Positions 1-12,634 are shown, counted from the first letter of the stretch. The stretch is 64,000 nt of DNA from Diplonema japonicum (GCA_964019335.1 OZ025689.1:62001-126000); one strand, 5' to 3'. Notes: generated by a model not told the origin, from the sequence alone. Program-made: numbers and translations.

Positions 1-313
1 CGCTGCCGCCCATCGAAGGACCAAAGTACGCGAAATTCCAAATGCTCAGGCAGAGCACTTCTACTTGAAGAACACTGGAAATGACCCTCGCCAATTTGCA
101 CGCGCTATCTTGATGTAACCAAAAGTAAAAACTCGCTGCGAGTAGCACCACGAATCCCTGGGAACAGAACACAATTCCCAACACCTGTGACATTGAACCT
201 CATTGTGATCATACCTTGCCAATACCCGTTGCCTCTAATATGGTCAGGATAAGGACGGGGATAGTCTGCAATGCACCGCATAATGCAGCCGCGGGGGGGA
301 CGCCCTTATTCAT
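1..313 (-). CDS. Hydrophobic/membrane protein, 5' part only (runs off the window); one 30-nt intron at 185-214
   Basis: Not in the ORF track. ATG at 313 follows an ACAACAG acceptor-like site. Removing GTATGATC...TCACAG, which carries an in-frame TGA, gives an open frame MNKGVPPAAALCGALQTIPVLILTILEATGIGK|VLGIVFCSQGFVVLLAASFYF... to the window edge. Confidence 0.7.
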
Positions 314-392
314 GCGGGATCATGTGAACTCTGTTGTGTAGGCGTGGGATGTGAGAAGAGGCAAAAACACAAATACAAATACAGGTACAATA

Positions 393-1667
393 CTAACCGG
401 TGCCTCCATCGACGTTAACGTTTGAGGACCTCCTCCTGCTCATAGATGGGCCTGAAAGGGTAGCTGAGGGGGCGGAGGGGACAGACGATGTGTTGGATGC
501 CCGTCGCGCCGTGTGGGCGAGAGAAACAGGAGTGTCTTGGGCTATTTGCAATGGGGTTACAGGTGCAGACAGGTCGGCGTGACTTAGCACAGGTGTGTTC
601 TGACTTACTGCGCCCTCTGCTTGCTTGAGCTTGTGCTGCTGTTGCATATCACGTAGCTGTGCCTGCAGAAACTCCAGCATATGCTTCTGCTCCGCCACCT
701 GTGGCTGTGAGTGCGTCTGGGATGGGGTCTGCGCTGTTTGCGGAACAAAAGGCTGCTGCACATGCTGCGTAATTACAACTTGCGGCTGTGACATTTGCAC
801 TACTTGCTGTGTGCGTGTTACCTGAGGCAATTGCTGTACTTGCTGTGTCTGCGTTTGCACTGGAGGGATCTGTTGTCCCTGCGGTGCCCGTGCTCTTTCA
901 GCAAGTTCTCGCTCTTTAAGATGCTGCAACCTCACGATATCCTCTTGTTTGTCCAGCTCTTCTGCCATGATTCTCTGCTTGGCTTCGCTTTGCCTACCAA
1001 GAGTCTCTAACTTTTGCTTGGCCAAATGTTGCTCTCGTTCGATGCTCAGCAGCCTTGTCTGGATCATTCTGCTCTCCTGCGCTACCCCCTGTTGCTGGTT
1101 GGCCTTTTGTTCCAACGCCAGCTTGGTCGTCTCAATGTATCGCCGCGCCCTTATGGCAGCAGTGCATTCTATATCACGATAGGGAGAAGCAGTCCGGCCC
1201 TGGGGAACATGCACTGGTGATACAGATGGCTCAGAGAAGTGAGCGGGTGTGAATTCTGTGGGAGAATGACGCTCATGCGGACCAGGCACCGGAGTAGTAG
1301 GTTTTTCAGGAATGAGATGCTGTAGCTCCCTCAGCCGCTTTCTTGCCGCTTCAAGTTCTTGAATTAGTGCTACGACCGCAGAACGTAATTCGGGTTGACT
1401 ATCTGCAGTAGATCCAGCCCCATCCAGCAGTCCCGCCAGCCACGCCCATATCGCCCGTCCTTCTGCTGAGGCCAGCAGTGATTCATTCTCAGGAGGAGGG
1501 AAGGGGCTCAGCCTTGAATCCTGCGCCGTGCTGCTGCGGGCCCTCAGCACACTGGCGGAAATAGCATCATTCTTCATTGCTTCCATCATATACTGTTGGA
1601 TCGACTCACGCTGCAGTCGGCACTGCTCAATGCTAGCTTCCATTTGGTACAAGACCTCAGGCTCCAT
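393..1667 (-). CDS. Hypothetical Gln-rich coiled-coil protein
   Basis: About 425-aa ORF. First ATG (MEPEV) lies just after TTAG/CACAG acceptor-like sites. Coiled-coil and Q-rich low-complexity composition. Confidence 0.75.
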   Translation of the reverse strand: MEPEVLYQMEASIEQCRLQRESIQQYMMEAMKNDAISASVLRARSSTAQDSRLSPFPPPENESLLASAEGRAIWAWLAGLLDGAGSTADSQPELRSAVVALIQELEAARKRLRELQHLIPEKPTTPVPGPHERHSPTEFTPAHFSEPSVSPVHVPQGRTASPYRDIECTAAIRARRYIETTKLALEQKANQQQGVAQESRMIQTRLLSIEREQHLAKQKLETLGRQSEAKQRIMAEELDKQEDIVRLQHLKERELAERARAPQGQQIPPVQTQTQQVQQLPQVTRTQQVVQMSQPQVVITQHVQQPFVPQTAQTPSQTHSQPQVAEQKHMLEFLQAQLRDMQQQHKLKQAEGAVSQNTPVLSHADLSAPVTPLQIAQDTPVSLAHTARRASNTSSVPSAPSATLSGPSMSRRRSSNVNVDGGTG

Positions 1668-1756
1668 GTCTGTGATGGCTAACACCGGGAAAGGGGAAAA
1701 AAGAATGATACATGCAGAACTGATAGGCTAGATTGCTGGCTGATGCGTTTGATTTA

Positions 1757-3191
1757 CTACTTTCCTTTCTTCTTGCGGTGGTCACTGCGCGCCTTGTGTG
1801 CATTAAAGCCGAATTTTGTTTCGTTCGACTTTCGCTTCTTGGCTAGTGAATATGACTCCTGTGATGAGGGTGCGTAGTCGTACAGCGTTACATACATTAA
1901 GGTGTGCGCTATCGGAGTCATCTGTCTTTCTCTTGTTGTATCCCTTTTCTTCCCTTTCCCTTTCCTTCAGTTCCGATGCTGCCTGCCTCTCCGCCTGCTC
2001 TACTCGTTCCATCGACAGCTGTACCTGTTCATCATCCATGGGAAGCTCCTCGAGCTCCTTTTCAATGTGGTTTTCGATCTTCTTCAACTGCAGCACATCG
2101 TACTGTGTCACCACGTTGACAGCTCTACCCGATGCACCTGCCCTAGCGGTCCTCCCCACGCGATGGATGTACTGCTTCACACTCAGCGGCAGCACGTAGT
2201 TGACTACAACGGACACCGACGGGATGTCTAGACCACGGGCTGCGACGTCTGTGCACACCAAGACCTTTGCCTTCCCGTCTTTAAACTTCCCCAAGGCTGC
2301 CAGTCTGTGTGCCTGTTCCAATTTTCCGTAGAGAGGGAGTGCCCTGTGTCCCAGCAGCCTCAGGGACAGGGCCACTCTCTGCACGACGTGCGAAGCGTCG
2401 CAGAACACAATCACATTGCCCGGCTCGTTGATCAGCAGGTTGTGCAGATAAGCTGTGCGCTCCGTGAAGGGGACGAAGATGTACTGCTGCTTGAGAGTGT
2501 CAACGGTGCTGTACTTGGCAGCACACTCCACCTTGACAGGGTCCTTCAGGGAGGCCTTCTGCAGCTTGTCCACTCTGCTGGTCATGGTTGCACTGAACAA
2601 CGAGGTCTGCCTCTTCCTGGGAATGGCCTCAAGGATGGTTGTCAGCTCCTTCTCGTAGTCCATGGCGAGCATCTGGTCTGCCTCGTCGAGGATGAAGAAC
2701 TCGAGCTTCCTGAGGTTGAAGCCTTTGGTGGTCTCGAGGTGCTCCACAACTCTCCCTGGCGTACCAGAGATGACGTGGGGCCGCTTGCTGAGCTCGACAG
2801 CTTGCTGCGTGATGTTGACACCACCAACAAGGGCAGCCACACGGAGGCCGATGGTGCGGCCTAGCTTAGTGAAGCTTTCCTTGATCTGGATGGCGAGCTC
2901 ACGAGTGGGGGCCAGGGCAAGACATGTATTAAAGCTCTTCTGCTTCCTCAGGAGAAGAGACTGGATGACCGGGAGAGCAAAGGCCCCCGTCTTCCCACTG
3001 CCCGTCTGAGCAATCCCAATGACATCCTTCCCCTTCAATGCCATGGGGATCGCATCTATCTGGATCCTGGTGGGCGCGGTCCACCCATTCTCATCACAAG
3101 CCGCACAGAGTTCCTCGCACACTCCGAGATCCTTGAATTGTACCACCTTCTCCCCGTCAGGGGCCTGCTCCTCTTCCGGCATCAGAACCAT
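1757..3191 (-). CDS. DDX47: DEAD-box rRNA helicase RRP3/DDX47; 37-nt intron at 1859-1895
   Basis: Motifs AQTGSGKT, PTRELA, DEAD, SAT, HRVGRTARAG and YSTVDTLKQQYIF typical of Rrp3. Splicing GTATGT...CACAG gives a basic C-terminus ending ...DHRKKKGK*. Confidence 0.9.
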
Positions 3192-3262
3192 TTTCTTTTT
3201 TCTTTTTCTTCTTTTTCTCTCGTTGGGTGGTGGGGAAGAAAGGGCTTTCTTTCAGTATAAAT

Positions 3263-3301
<39 letters not shown>

Positions 3302-5411
3302 AAAAAAAGGAAGGAAAAAAGAGAAGGAAAAAAAAAAGAAGAACTTTTCCCGTTCGCAAGATTAAACCTCTTTTCTTTTTTCCTCTTTTCATTTTCTTTT
3401 TTTCCTTTTCCAATTCGTTCCGTATGAATTGCTACCCGAGACGTTGTTGCGTCTTAAAAAAGATTATTTCTCATATTAGTGGTCCAAAGGCTGACCTACC
3501 ATCGAAGTCATTGAAAGTAATTTGAATAACTAAAGGTGTTCATACCCCAATGCTATCTCATAACTCTTTTCAGTTCTGACAAGATCTTGCGGAGTGCAAA
3601 AGTCATGAACATGAAGAGAGTTTTTTCAGCGCGGATATAGCTTTTCCTCAAAGGAAATATTCCAAAGGAAATGAGGGAGGGAAAACACTAGACATTTAAA
3701 AAAAAAAAAAAGAAAAAGAAAAACAGATTGGCCGTCACACACCCTGCTGGTATGATACAGGGGAATGGGGGGGGCATAAGGAAACATTAATTTTCCTTTG
3801 TCGTTTCTCTCTCTTCTTCTTCCTTTCCCAACACCAAAAAAAAAAATGAAAGAAAACAACCAAAAAAAAGGGGGGGGGGGCGGGGGAAAGGGGAGGGGAT
3901 GACCATAACCTAACGAATTAAAAATCTTGATCTTTTTTTTTTTCTCTCTTTTTTTCTTCCTTCATCCTTTCAAGTCTTCTTTTAATTAGAAATGGAGGCT
4001 GGGCCCCACTACCTGTCCTGGCAGGGCTTATTACCTTACAGGAGGTTAGATCCAAAGGAGAAGAAAGAAGCATGTCTCGCTGATTTTCATCTTTTTTTTT
4101 TTTATAAAGAAACTGTCATAGAGGTAAGCCCTTACAAAGGAAAGATGTAGATGGTGTGCTGGGGGGTGGGGGAGGTAAAAAATCTTTAAAAAAAATAAGA
4201 AAATTTTTTAAAAAAAAAACAACAATTAAAGAATATAAAAACACTCAGTTCGTTGGGATCTTTTTTTTTTCTTTTCCTTCTTTTTTTCTTTCTTTTCTTC
4301 TTTTTTTTCCTCTTCCCTTTTTTCTCACGACAGAATTAAAGGAGGGGAGGGGAGGGATACGGGAATGGTGGGGAATACACAATTTTCAGGGGGGTGGGGG
4401 GGATAAAGTGGTACAAATTTGGTTTTACGACCGAAAGAGGTAACTGTAAACCTCTCAATGTTTTCTTTTTTTTTTCTTACCCCAGTACACATTTACTTTT
4501 TTCTGGAAGGTCATTTTTCTTTTTGGGGGATGCTTCACACTATCGTGTCTAAGGGGGCTTAAAAAAAAGAAGAAAAAACACCATTCTGGCGCCTTGTTTG
4601 TTTGTTTACGCAACAAGACAATTCAAGATTCGCGGATATTCGCGGTCACAAGGTAGTCCTGCGGGCAGTCTTTTTTTCGTTCATCGCAAAAAGAAAATAT
4701 TTTCTTATAAAAAAAATGCTAACTCCTAGAATCTTTTTTTTTGTCCAATTTTTTTTTTTTTTTTTTTGTGCCTAGAGCAAAAGTACTAATAGTAATTTCT
4801 TTTTTTTTTTTTTTTCGTTTCTTTTTTTTTACAAACATAAAGTGGAAGGTAGCCCTTTTCCTAATCTAAAAGGCTTATTTTCTCCTTTCCCTCCTATCGA
4901 CCTGAGGTCGAAGAAGCAGGAAGGCCTAAGAACCTTCTGAAGCAAATATGGTGCCGTGGCTCTTCACCCAGGTTGATCCGAATGATGGCTCTTTCTCAAG
5001 AAAACGACAGACGGAGGGGGATGAAAAACAACAACATTTGCTTCATTGGGCGGCAGGGAATGCTGCCCTTTCATTTTCGGTGAGAAATCGACTTGAGCAC
5101 CTTCAAACAAAAAGACCCCCCTTGTTGAACCATGTTAAGGAGGTATACCCCGCCATCACCTTGCTGGTGAAACTACAAAAGAACAATAAATACAAACATT
5201 TATTTATCTCTTCTTTATGTAGCATTCTTTAGAGTGACAGAAGTGGAGGGGGGTGCAAACCCCTCTTCCTATTTCGGAAAAAAGAAATTCGAAAAATTCA
5301 GTTCCGTAACAAAAAAAAAAAAATATAGTTCTACGTCCAAGCAGTGACCGTTTCATGGAGGGTGATGGCTCCGCAGCTGCTGCGTGCTCTATCTGGCGCA
5401 CTCGGGCAGGT

Positions 5412-6176
5412 CTACAGATCTCGGACTTCGGGGAAGGGAGCATATAAATTGCGCCGAACGGAGCTAGTTCTCACGGGTGAGGTGCTCCTCTTCCTTGGGG
5501 AAAGGCTGAAATGGTCACGTGCAACAGGAGGAGAGATGCTTCGGTGATCGGACCGGCCGCGTGGGACACGGTGCATGGAGGAAGAAGGAGAGGTGCTGAG
5601 TCTTCGGTAAGACCTTGCTGCGGTACTGACAGAGGGTGAATGGCTGACCTGCCTGCGGACAGACCTTGAAGGTGTACTGTTGTATGAAGGGGAGTGGCTG
5701 ACCTGCCTGCGGATCGACCTCCCAGCAGGCGCAGTACTTGCGGACGGCGAATGGCTGATCTGCCTCCTCAGCGTGCTTGATCTACTGACTGGTGCTGTTC
5801 CAGCATGACTGAGACGCGATGGCGAGGTGCTGCCATGCCTCCTGCTGGGCCTCGTCAAGGTGAACATTGCCGCACGGTGCTTCTTCCGCTCCTCCAGGAT
5901 CTTTGCGTCATTCTTCCGCAGCTTCTTGTTCTTTGACTTAATCAGCGTATTCAGCGACTTAAGGCTCACCTCTTGGTATGTGGCAAGCGCCTGCCGCTCG
6001 TCATCGTGCACTGCCGAAAGCTGGCTTTGCGCTTCCTTCCTCGTCATCTTCCCGTTCTGGATCTGCCCCATAAGCTCGTTGAACTTGTTCATCGACGGCG
6101 TGTCCTGCAACAGCATCTCCCCTGGACCTACCGCACCGCGCACCACGCTGAACCCATCTAGCTCTCGGTAGTCCAT
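5412..6176 (-). CDS. Hypothetical protein: coiled coil plus Ser/Arg-rich tail with three RRQ(I/V)SHSPS repeats
   Basis: 254-aa ORF with ATG just after an ACACAG acceptor-like site; internal repeats visible in the translation. Confidence 0.75.
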   Translation of the reverse strand: MDYRELDGFSVVRGAVGPGEMLLQDTPSMNKFNELMGQIQNGKMTRKEAQSQLSAVHDDERQALATYQEVSLKSLNTLIKSKNKKLRKNDAKILEERKKHRAAMFTLTRPSRRHGSTSPSRLSHAGTAPVSRSSTLRRQISHSPSASTAPAGRSIRRQVSHSPSYNSTPSRSVRRQVSHSPSVSTAARSYRRLSTSPSSSMHRVPRGRSDHRSISPPVARDHFSLSPRKRSTSPVRTSSVRRNLYAPFPEVRDL

Positions 6177-6229
6177 GTGTCCTGTGTGGTATGTGTGTGT
6201 GGTTCGCTCTCATGAAGTACACTCTGCTG

Positions 6230-7881
6230 TTACTCTTCCTCCGTTTCGTCTTCGTCTTCTTCGCTCGCTGATCTTTCAGTGAGCACCTCCCCCTCAACCA
6301 CCTGGTCAGGGATTCCCGCGAACAGTCTGTTCAAATCTCCAACCTGTGTGCGTTGCTTCATCTCGACATTCATACCTGTGTCTCCTTAAGTGGTCCGGGG
6401 AACACCACCTTCACCGTCACATGCAAGTCACCTTTGCTTGCGGGGTCCTCGTGGTGTGGCATCCCCTCGCCTTTGATGCTGATGATTGTTCCATGTGCCG
6501 TTGGCCTTGTGGAGGCTACCTTGACCTCGTGCCCGTCCATGTGTTTGAAGGTCTTCGTGAAGCCGATGAGAGCGTCGACAAGTGGCAGGTCCAAGTCCTG
6601 AGGTGCTAAATAAACTCTGAGTCATACCAAGAAGAGGTCATTGCCCTTCCGTGTAAACAACTTGTGCTTGGCCGTCTCCACCACAAGCTCGATGTCTGCT
6701 GGCAGCCTGTCGAGGTACTCGTGCGATTCATGAGGGAAATGCATCCGGTAGCCTTCGGGCACGCCCTGCGTCACCTCAATGTCGAGCGTGACGTCCTTCT
6801 GCTTCACGGCGTGTGGGGTGTGGCACTGCATCCTACAATCAGGCGCAACGTGCTGCTGCACGGTCATGGGGCCCATGCGGACGAGCTGCAACGTTGCGGG
6901 CTGCAGCTGGCACACCTGGCATGTTCGCACCTTATCCAGAGATGTGATGCGGTTCCTTGTCAGCTGCAGCGTGTGCTGGGCCCCGTTGTAGATGTCGTCG
7001 AGCGTCAGCTTCAGCAGGAACACGTCGGCGGGGCCCGTCTCCTGCGGGATGAGATTGGGGCTGACCTCTTGGTTCAGGCCAAGCACGTCGTAGAGCTTCC
7101 TGCGCCGTGGGTCAATGAGCACATCGTAGGCGTCACGGACCTCCTCGTACCGTCCCCTGTCGCCCCCTTTGTCGGGGTGCAGCTTGCGGGATAGCTTTCT
7201 GAAAGCTGACTTGACATCGGAAGCCGAGCTTTCGCGCCTGCTGGGAAGCTCAAGCGCTGAGTAGTAATCCGGCAGGGTGGGAACGTCCTCGGCACTCCTC
7301 TGTTGCCGCTGACGCTGATGTTGCTGCTGCTGCTGCTGGCGGTGGTGGTAGTAACGTTGGTGGGGATCGTCTTGCTCGGCGAGAAGTAAGCCGCAGGCCA
7401 CTATCACAATGAGCAAGAAGAAGGCGATGAGGATGCAGGCAGCCAAGGAGCTCCCCTTGCTCCTGGAGGGCGGTGGGAGGGACTTCTTGGATGCTGTGCT
7501 GAGCAGGATAGTGACCTGATTTTTGCCGCTGATGGTGGAGAGGAACTGCTGTGCCGTGGTAACGGGTTCGCCGTTCACAGCCTCGACTTGCTTGCCAGGC
7601 GTGATGCCAGCACGGCGTGCCGCCCCTGCGGGGTTCACCTTCCCTACAATGAGGCCGTCATGGAGTGTCATGCCGAAGGCCTCGCCTTCATTCCGTGCAA
7701 CAAGCACTTCCTCAAGGGGTACCAGATTCTCATTATGCACCCAGACCTTCTTCCCGCACACACCGACATGAGTTACACGCCTTCCGTCTGAACTAGTTCG
7801 CTCCTCTGCCGCTAGGCCGATCTTGTTGTTCAGGCCAATCTCTCTCGAGAGCCCAACCACCTTCACCTTCCGGGGCACCAT
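6230..7881 (-). CDS. SH3-like + PDZ + transmembrane + DnaJ (HPD) + DnaJ_C protein; introns 6598-6627 (30 nt) and 6344-6375 (32 nt)
   Basis: PDZ-like FGMTL...VNPAGAARRAGI...AVNG; TM segment LAACILIAFFLLIVIVACGLLL; J domain DYYSAL...LHPDK...AYDVL; DnaJ_C motifs RKGNDL, GEGMP, GDLHV. Two GTATG..CAG introns restore the frame. Confidence 0.85.
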
Positions 7882-8588
7882 CACTTCGCCTGTTATAATA
7901 AAACAGGTCAACAGGTGGGGGGGGGAGATACTGTAACAAGGAAAAGGAGAGGGGAAATAAAAAGAATAAAAAGAAAAGAGGCTGTGTGGAGAAAGGGAAA
8001 GGAGAAGGTGGGGTCTTAGATAATAACGAGATTTTCTTTTAATTTAAACAAGGGAGGCATCACAGGCCCCCAGCCGGAGGATTTTCTCTTTCTTTTTTTT
8101 TCTTTTAATTAGAGAATAGGAGAAAAAAACATTTTTCGTTTGAAAATAGCAATCTGCGGATAACAAGAACAAAACCCTCACTAATAAACAAAAAAGAAGA
8201 CGAAGAAGGCCACCAATGCCCTCTTTCATTCTTTCTTTTCTTTTTCCGTTTTATTGTTCCAAAGAAGGTGGATTGGATAGGTGAGAAGGAGAACGTATTC
8301 AAATAGATAACAAGGGAGTAAAGTGTGGGAAGAAGGGAAACAGGGACATGTTTAAGAAACACCTACTCGTCTCTCTTCCCTTCGGCTTTCATTGTTTTTA
8401 ATTTCTTTCTTTTCTTCCTTTCCTTTTCTTCCCCGATACTTTTTAAAAGAAGCGAATAAGTGTAAATGAAGAAAATAACAATAAAAAAAAGGAGTAAAAA
8501 TAAACAAAAAAAAGGGTATGTTGCTTTCTAGGATTCCCCACGCACATAGTGGAAACAAAAACAAAAATATATAATAGGGGCATCGGCA

Positions 8589-10471
8589 TCACGCAGGTCC
8601 GTGTCCTGACCTCATTGAGAGCACGAAGGGGTCCGGCTGTGCAGCATCACGTGTATAGCTGGCATTAGGAGAGGGTGAGCTCCGCGTGGACCTTCTGCCA
8701 TGTGCTGGCGAGTGGAGTGCTGAAGGTGTGTCGGAGTCAGCGTTCTCGTGCAGCGGGTCTTGCAGGTGGTAGGCTGCCTGTGATTGTGACAAGCAGAGAC
8801 AACAACATACCCTTGCTAGTGAGGAGGAGGTGACACTGTTTGGGCTGTCGAAGATGTCTTGGCACATTGACTCACAACGATATTCATCCTTCTCCTTCTC
8901 TCTACTCCTTGGTGCTTGCTGCCCCCTTGGTACTCCAGGAGGGCTTGGTGTTGGACTGCTGCTACCGCTTCCCGCCTCTGAGCTAGGTGTGCTTGGTGTG
9001 TGTGCTGCAGGGGCCGCTCTGTGGTACGTCTTTCTGAGCAGCGGCATGTCGTCGTCACTGTCGTCCATGTCACGAGCAGCGAGTCCCTTCCCGACCACAC
9101 TTCCGTGCGTGGCACTGAGGCTCCTGCAGCTGCCCACTCGTACTGATGTCTCGTCACGTTTGTTGTGCATGATGATCGGCTCCAAAGACTTCAGCTCCCC
9201 GTCCAGCGTGAGCTGCGACAGGTCGACGAACCTCCCCTCCCTCTTTGCCTTGCGCACTGCCTCCAGCCTGGCCAGCATGTCCCTCTCCATCTTCTCCGTC
9301 TCCTCCCGCATCGCCTTCAGGTCCGCTTCGTGCTGCAACCTTGCGTTCTTGGCATCCATCATCATCTGCCTGTTCATCTTGGCGATCTCGCATGCTTGCA
9401 TTTGTTTCGACTTTTGCTGCTTCTCCTCATCCTCCTTCCATCTTGCCTCTGTTTTCTGAAGTTGTTGGCGCATCAGTTCTGCATGCGCCGCCTCTCTGTC
9501 TGCGTTTAGCTTGTTCTGCTTCTCACGTTCGACCCTCTGCCGCTGTAAGTCTTCAGCACGCTTTTTAGACGCCGTCAGGTTGTCCTCTGCGTCCTTGAGC
9601 GTCCTCTCTAGCATCTCCTCCCGTTTCTCTTGATTAGCGCGCTTCACAGCAGGGTCCATCTCTTCGATGCCCCGCACCTCGGCAGCCAGTTGCTCCTTTT
9701 CCCTTTGCAGCTTCTTTCTGTTTGAAGCCAGTTCCAGCAAGCTACTCTCGGTCTCTTTTTCCCGTGACTCCTTCTCCCGGGACCATTCCTCAGCCTTTTG
9801 TCGCTGCATTATCTCCTCCTGCAACCTCTGCTGGTTCTCGATCCTGCGCTTGTGCTTCTCGTTTTCTTCTTGCTGCTGACGCTTTCGTTCCTCTTGTTCC
9901 TGTCGCATGTGCACTTCCTTTACAGCGGCAGCTGCACGTTCTTCGGCTTCAAGCTGCTCAGCTGCTTCTTGCTTGGCCTGCAGGTCCCGGATCTTCTCTT
10001 CTGCGATGTTGGTGGCGCGCTGCTGGGCTTCTACTTTGCTCTGTAATTTTTCTTCTTTTCTTCTTCCATGTACCATACCCTGTACCAGTCAGAGAAGTTC
10101 ACATTTGCGGCGGCGAACTCTCTTGTCTGGCGTCGCTGCTGTGCTTCGCTTTCGCTCCGCCTGCGTTGCACCTCTTCGTAAAACCTTGGGTTCTTTTGCC
10201 ATGTAGGGGTGGGAGGCGCAGTCCCTGCCTCTGAATGCCCTGCGAACGGCTTCTGCTGTGCCATGCTTGCAGCCTCCAGCCCGTTGTCGTACTCCGTCCG
10301 TGTGCGCTTGTGTACGAGGACGTTGTACGCTTCGGCAACCTTCTTGAACATCGTCTCGCCCTCAGGGTTCTTGTCGGGGTGCAGCTTCAAGGCCATCTTC
10401 TTGAAAGCCCTTCTGATATCCGCCTCAGAAGCACACTTCTGCACCCCCAGGAGGTCATAGTGGCCTACCAT
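8589..10471 (-). CDS. N-terminal J-domain (HPD) coiled-coil protein; intron 10041-10078 (38 nt) and probable in-frame intron 8778-8810 (33 nt)
   Basis: HYDLLGV...LHPDKNP...AEAYNVL. The GTATGG...TTACAG intron joins ORF 10031-10471 to ORF 8589-10076 in frame (WYR|SKVE). Confidence 0.85.
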
Positions 10472-10628
10472 CTAGCTGCCTTTCGGCAGGTCAAGTAGTT
10501 ATCCTGTAGTGGAAGGTGGAATAGAGAGAAGAATAAAAATAATCAAAAAAGAAGAAAAACAGGAAAGGAGGACACTGACAAAGGGAGTTAAAGAAGTTAC
10601 TGAGGGTAGAAAATAAAATAAAATAAAA

Positions 10629-10744
10629 AATTCTTTAATGACTTGTCTATTGTTACGAGTACTTTTCTTTTTTTTTTCTTTTTCTTTTTTTTTGCTCGGC
10701 TCAAGTTTGCATAATGTAATAAAAAAAAATCATTTTCTAAAAGA
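10629..10744 (+). repeat. Degenerate copy of the ~140-bp foldback element (family C); centre replaced by poly-T
   Basis: ttctttaatgacttgtctattgtt-acgag...ttttgctcggctcaagtttgcata...aaatcatttt aligns to 29301-29440. Confidence 0.6.
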
Positions 10745-11378
10745 AAAAAAGGGACAAGTTCACAGAAAATGATGGAGCGGTGGGCATAAAAGGAGAACAG
10801 GGCGGTGAGGGAAAGTGACAAGAACGTCTGTGAGACTCACCCCTCATTTGTAGTACATAATACAGCAAAGGGTCTCTCCAGCCATACTGACGGGGGGAAG
10901 AATATGAAGTTGTTCGGAAATTGTATTCAAGTCAACCCTCTCCCCTTTGCTAAGAGAAAATAAGTTTAAAATAAAAGGGGAAAAAAAGTAACCACCTAGT
11001 GCAACCTTTCCCCAGCATGGGTGTATAAAGAAGCCCAGCATGCAAAAGAATAAAAGAGATAAAAAAACCTGAGGGGGAAACAACAACCGAAACGCGGGGG
11101 GGGGGGGGGACAATTTCTTTTCCTTTTTTTTCTTTGTATTGAGAAACAAATCAACCATTCAGTAAAGGGAATGAAACGCTGATCTCTTGTAAAGCGTTGG
11201 GGGGGGGGGGGGGGGGGGGCGAGAGAGAGTGGGAGAGAGAGAGAAAAGGTGCGCCATAAGAGATTAGGTATAAGAACAAAAAAAAAAACTGGTTGTGCGT
11301 ACGAGCACATTCAAGCATGCACTGCAAACGGTTAAATGCCTCGTTCCGGCAAAAAAAAAAAAAAAAAAAAAAAAAAAA

Positions 11379-11421
11379 GATGTCTTTGAAGGGAGCCTGC
11401 AGTATGTGACAGGATCGCCTA
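11379..11421. repeat. 43-bp dispersed element, family A, copy 1
   Basis: GATGTCTTTGAAGGGAGCCTGCAGTATGTGACAGGATCGCCTA; 1 mismatch to 22093-22135 and 2 to 12482-12524; preceded by an A-run. Confidence 0.95.
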
Positions 11422-11895
11422 CTAAAAAAAGAAGAAAACTACAGAGAAAAAGATAAAGGATTCTCTAAAAACAACAAGGCGCCCCCATGTAAACACATGC
11501 CCCCCTTATACACGAAAAAGAAGGGAAGCGAGTGCAAAAATAAAAAAATAAATAAAAAAAGAAAGAAAGGGGGAACCCCCCCCCCCCCCCCCCCCCCCAC
11601 AATAGTGCAATTGACTGCTTTTCGTCTGCAATATAAAATGGCCAAAAATACTGCATATCTTTTTTCACCCTTTCATAGCATGGTGTGTCAAAGCACTTGG
11701 TCTCCCTGAGCCCAATTTTCTTCTTGACCGACACACCTTAAAGAGAGAGGGGGTTAAAACTTTTCAGAAAAAAAAGGGGGGGGGGAAATGGGGGGGGGAT
11801 GTAGTGGGCTCCGAAGCGTCGCTCGCGTAAGCCGCTGAAGGAAAGAGAACAGAATTCACGATGGGAGGGGAAGGGAGGGGCATGCAGTGGCTTAC

Positions 11896-11929
<34 letters not shown>

Positions 11930-12309
11930 AGTTTCTCCTGTTTGTGTTCGTATTTTCTTTCTAAAGGCTAAAGTAGAGAGAGAGGGGCCTGGTATTTACT
12001 TCAAAGTGGGCAAACCTACTTGAGGGACAACATCCCTGTAGTATTGCCCACTTTAGTCCCTGTTTCTCTTTCTTTTCTTTTTTTTCCCCCGATGTTTTTT
12101 AAGTAAGGTCTTTCTTTAGCCTCTTGAATAGTCAACAACAGTAGTATGCAAACAACTCATATTCTTTGGCTGTTTTCTGAAAGGGAAAAAAAAAAAAAAA
12201 AAAAAAAACTGAGATCTCTGATTACTCGTTACTCAAAAAGAAAAAAAAAATATTTTTAAAAAAAAGGGGAATGAAATAAAAAAAAAAAAGAATGGGCGAG
12301 CTATTTCTT

Positions 12310-12386
12310 TGTTTGTGCGCAATGGTTACATATCTTTTTTGTACCTAAGTAAAGAGATTGTTTGTAACATATAACACAGTCCAAGA
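12310..12386. repeat. ~70-bp dispersed hairpin element, family D, copy 1
   Basis: tgtttgtgcgcaatggttaca...agagattgtttgtaacatataacacagtccaaga matches 28303-28370; internal GTTACA/TGTAAC stem. Confidence 0.8.
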
Positions 12387-12481
12387 TTCTTTTTCTTTTT
12401 TTTTCTTTTTTTTTTTTTTTTTTGGATAACTACAATAACAAGTGTTTCTGTTCATCATGTAGCAAAAACTTCAGAAAAAAA

Positions 12482-12524
12482 GGTGTCTTTGAAGGGAACC
12501 TGCAGTATGTGACAGGATCGCCTA
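12482..12524. repeat. 43-bp dispersed element, family A, copy 2
   Basis: GGTGTCTTTGAAGGGAACCTGCAGTATGTGACAGGATCGCCTA, preceded by an A-run. Confidence 0.95.
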
Positions 12525-12559
12525 ACGACAATCAACTCATCTAGTGTTTGATCCCTTCT

Positions 12560-12634
12560 GTCGTGGTAGTGCCTTAGGCCCGTCGTGGTAGTGCCTTAGG
12601 CCCGTCGTGGTAGTGCCTTAGGCCCGTCGTGGTA
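12560..12634. repeat. Perfect 22-bp tandem repeat (GTCGTGGTAGTGCCTTAGGCCC) x3.4
   Basis: Read directly: units at 12560, 12582 and 12604, plus a partial unit at 12626; no spacers. Confidence 0.95.

Noticed and set aside
3907-3945. Resemblance to the 5' half of a euglenozoan spliced leader (AACCTAACGAATTAAAA)
   Set aside because: The conserved 3' half (TTTCTGTACTTTATTG) and GTATG donor are absent; likely chance.
4948-5232. Plus-strand ORF with ankyrin-like LLHWAAG
   Set aside because: Single short motif, opposite to all genes, with no repeat periodicity.
12560-12634. CRISPR-like or telomeric array
   Set aside because: Head-to-tail units with no spacers, eukaryotic context, and only one TTAGG per unit.
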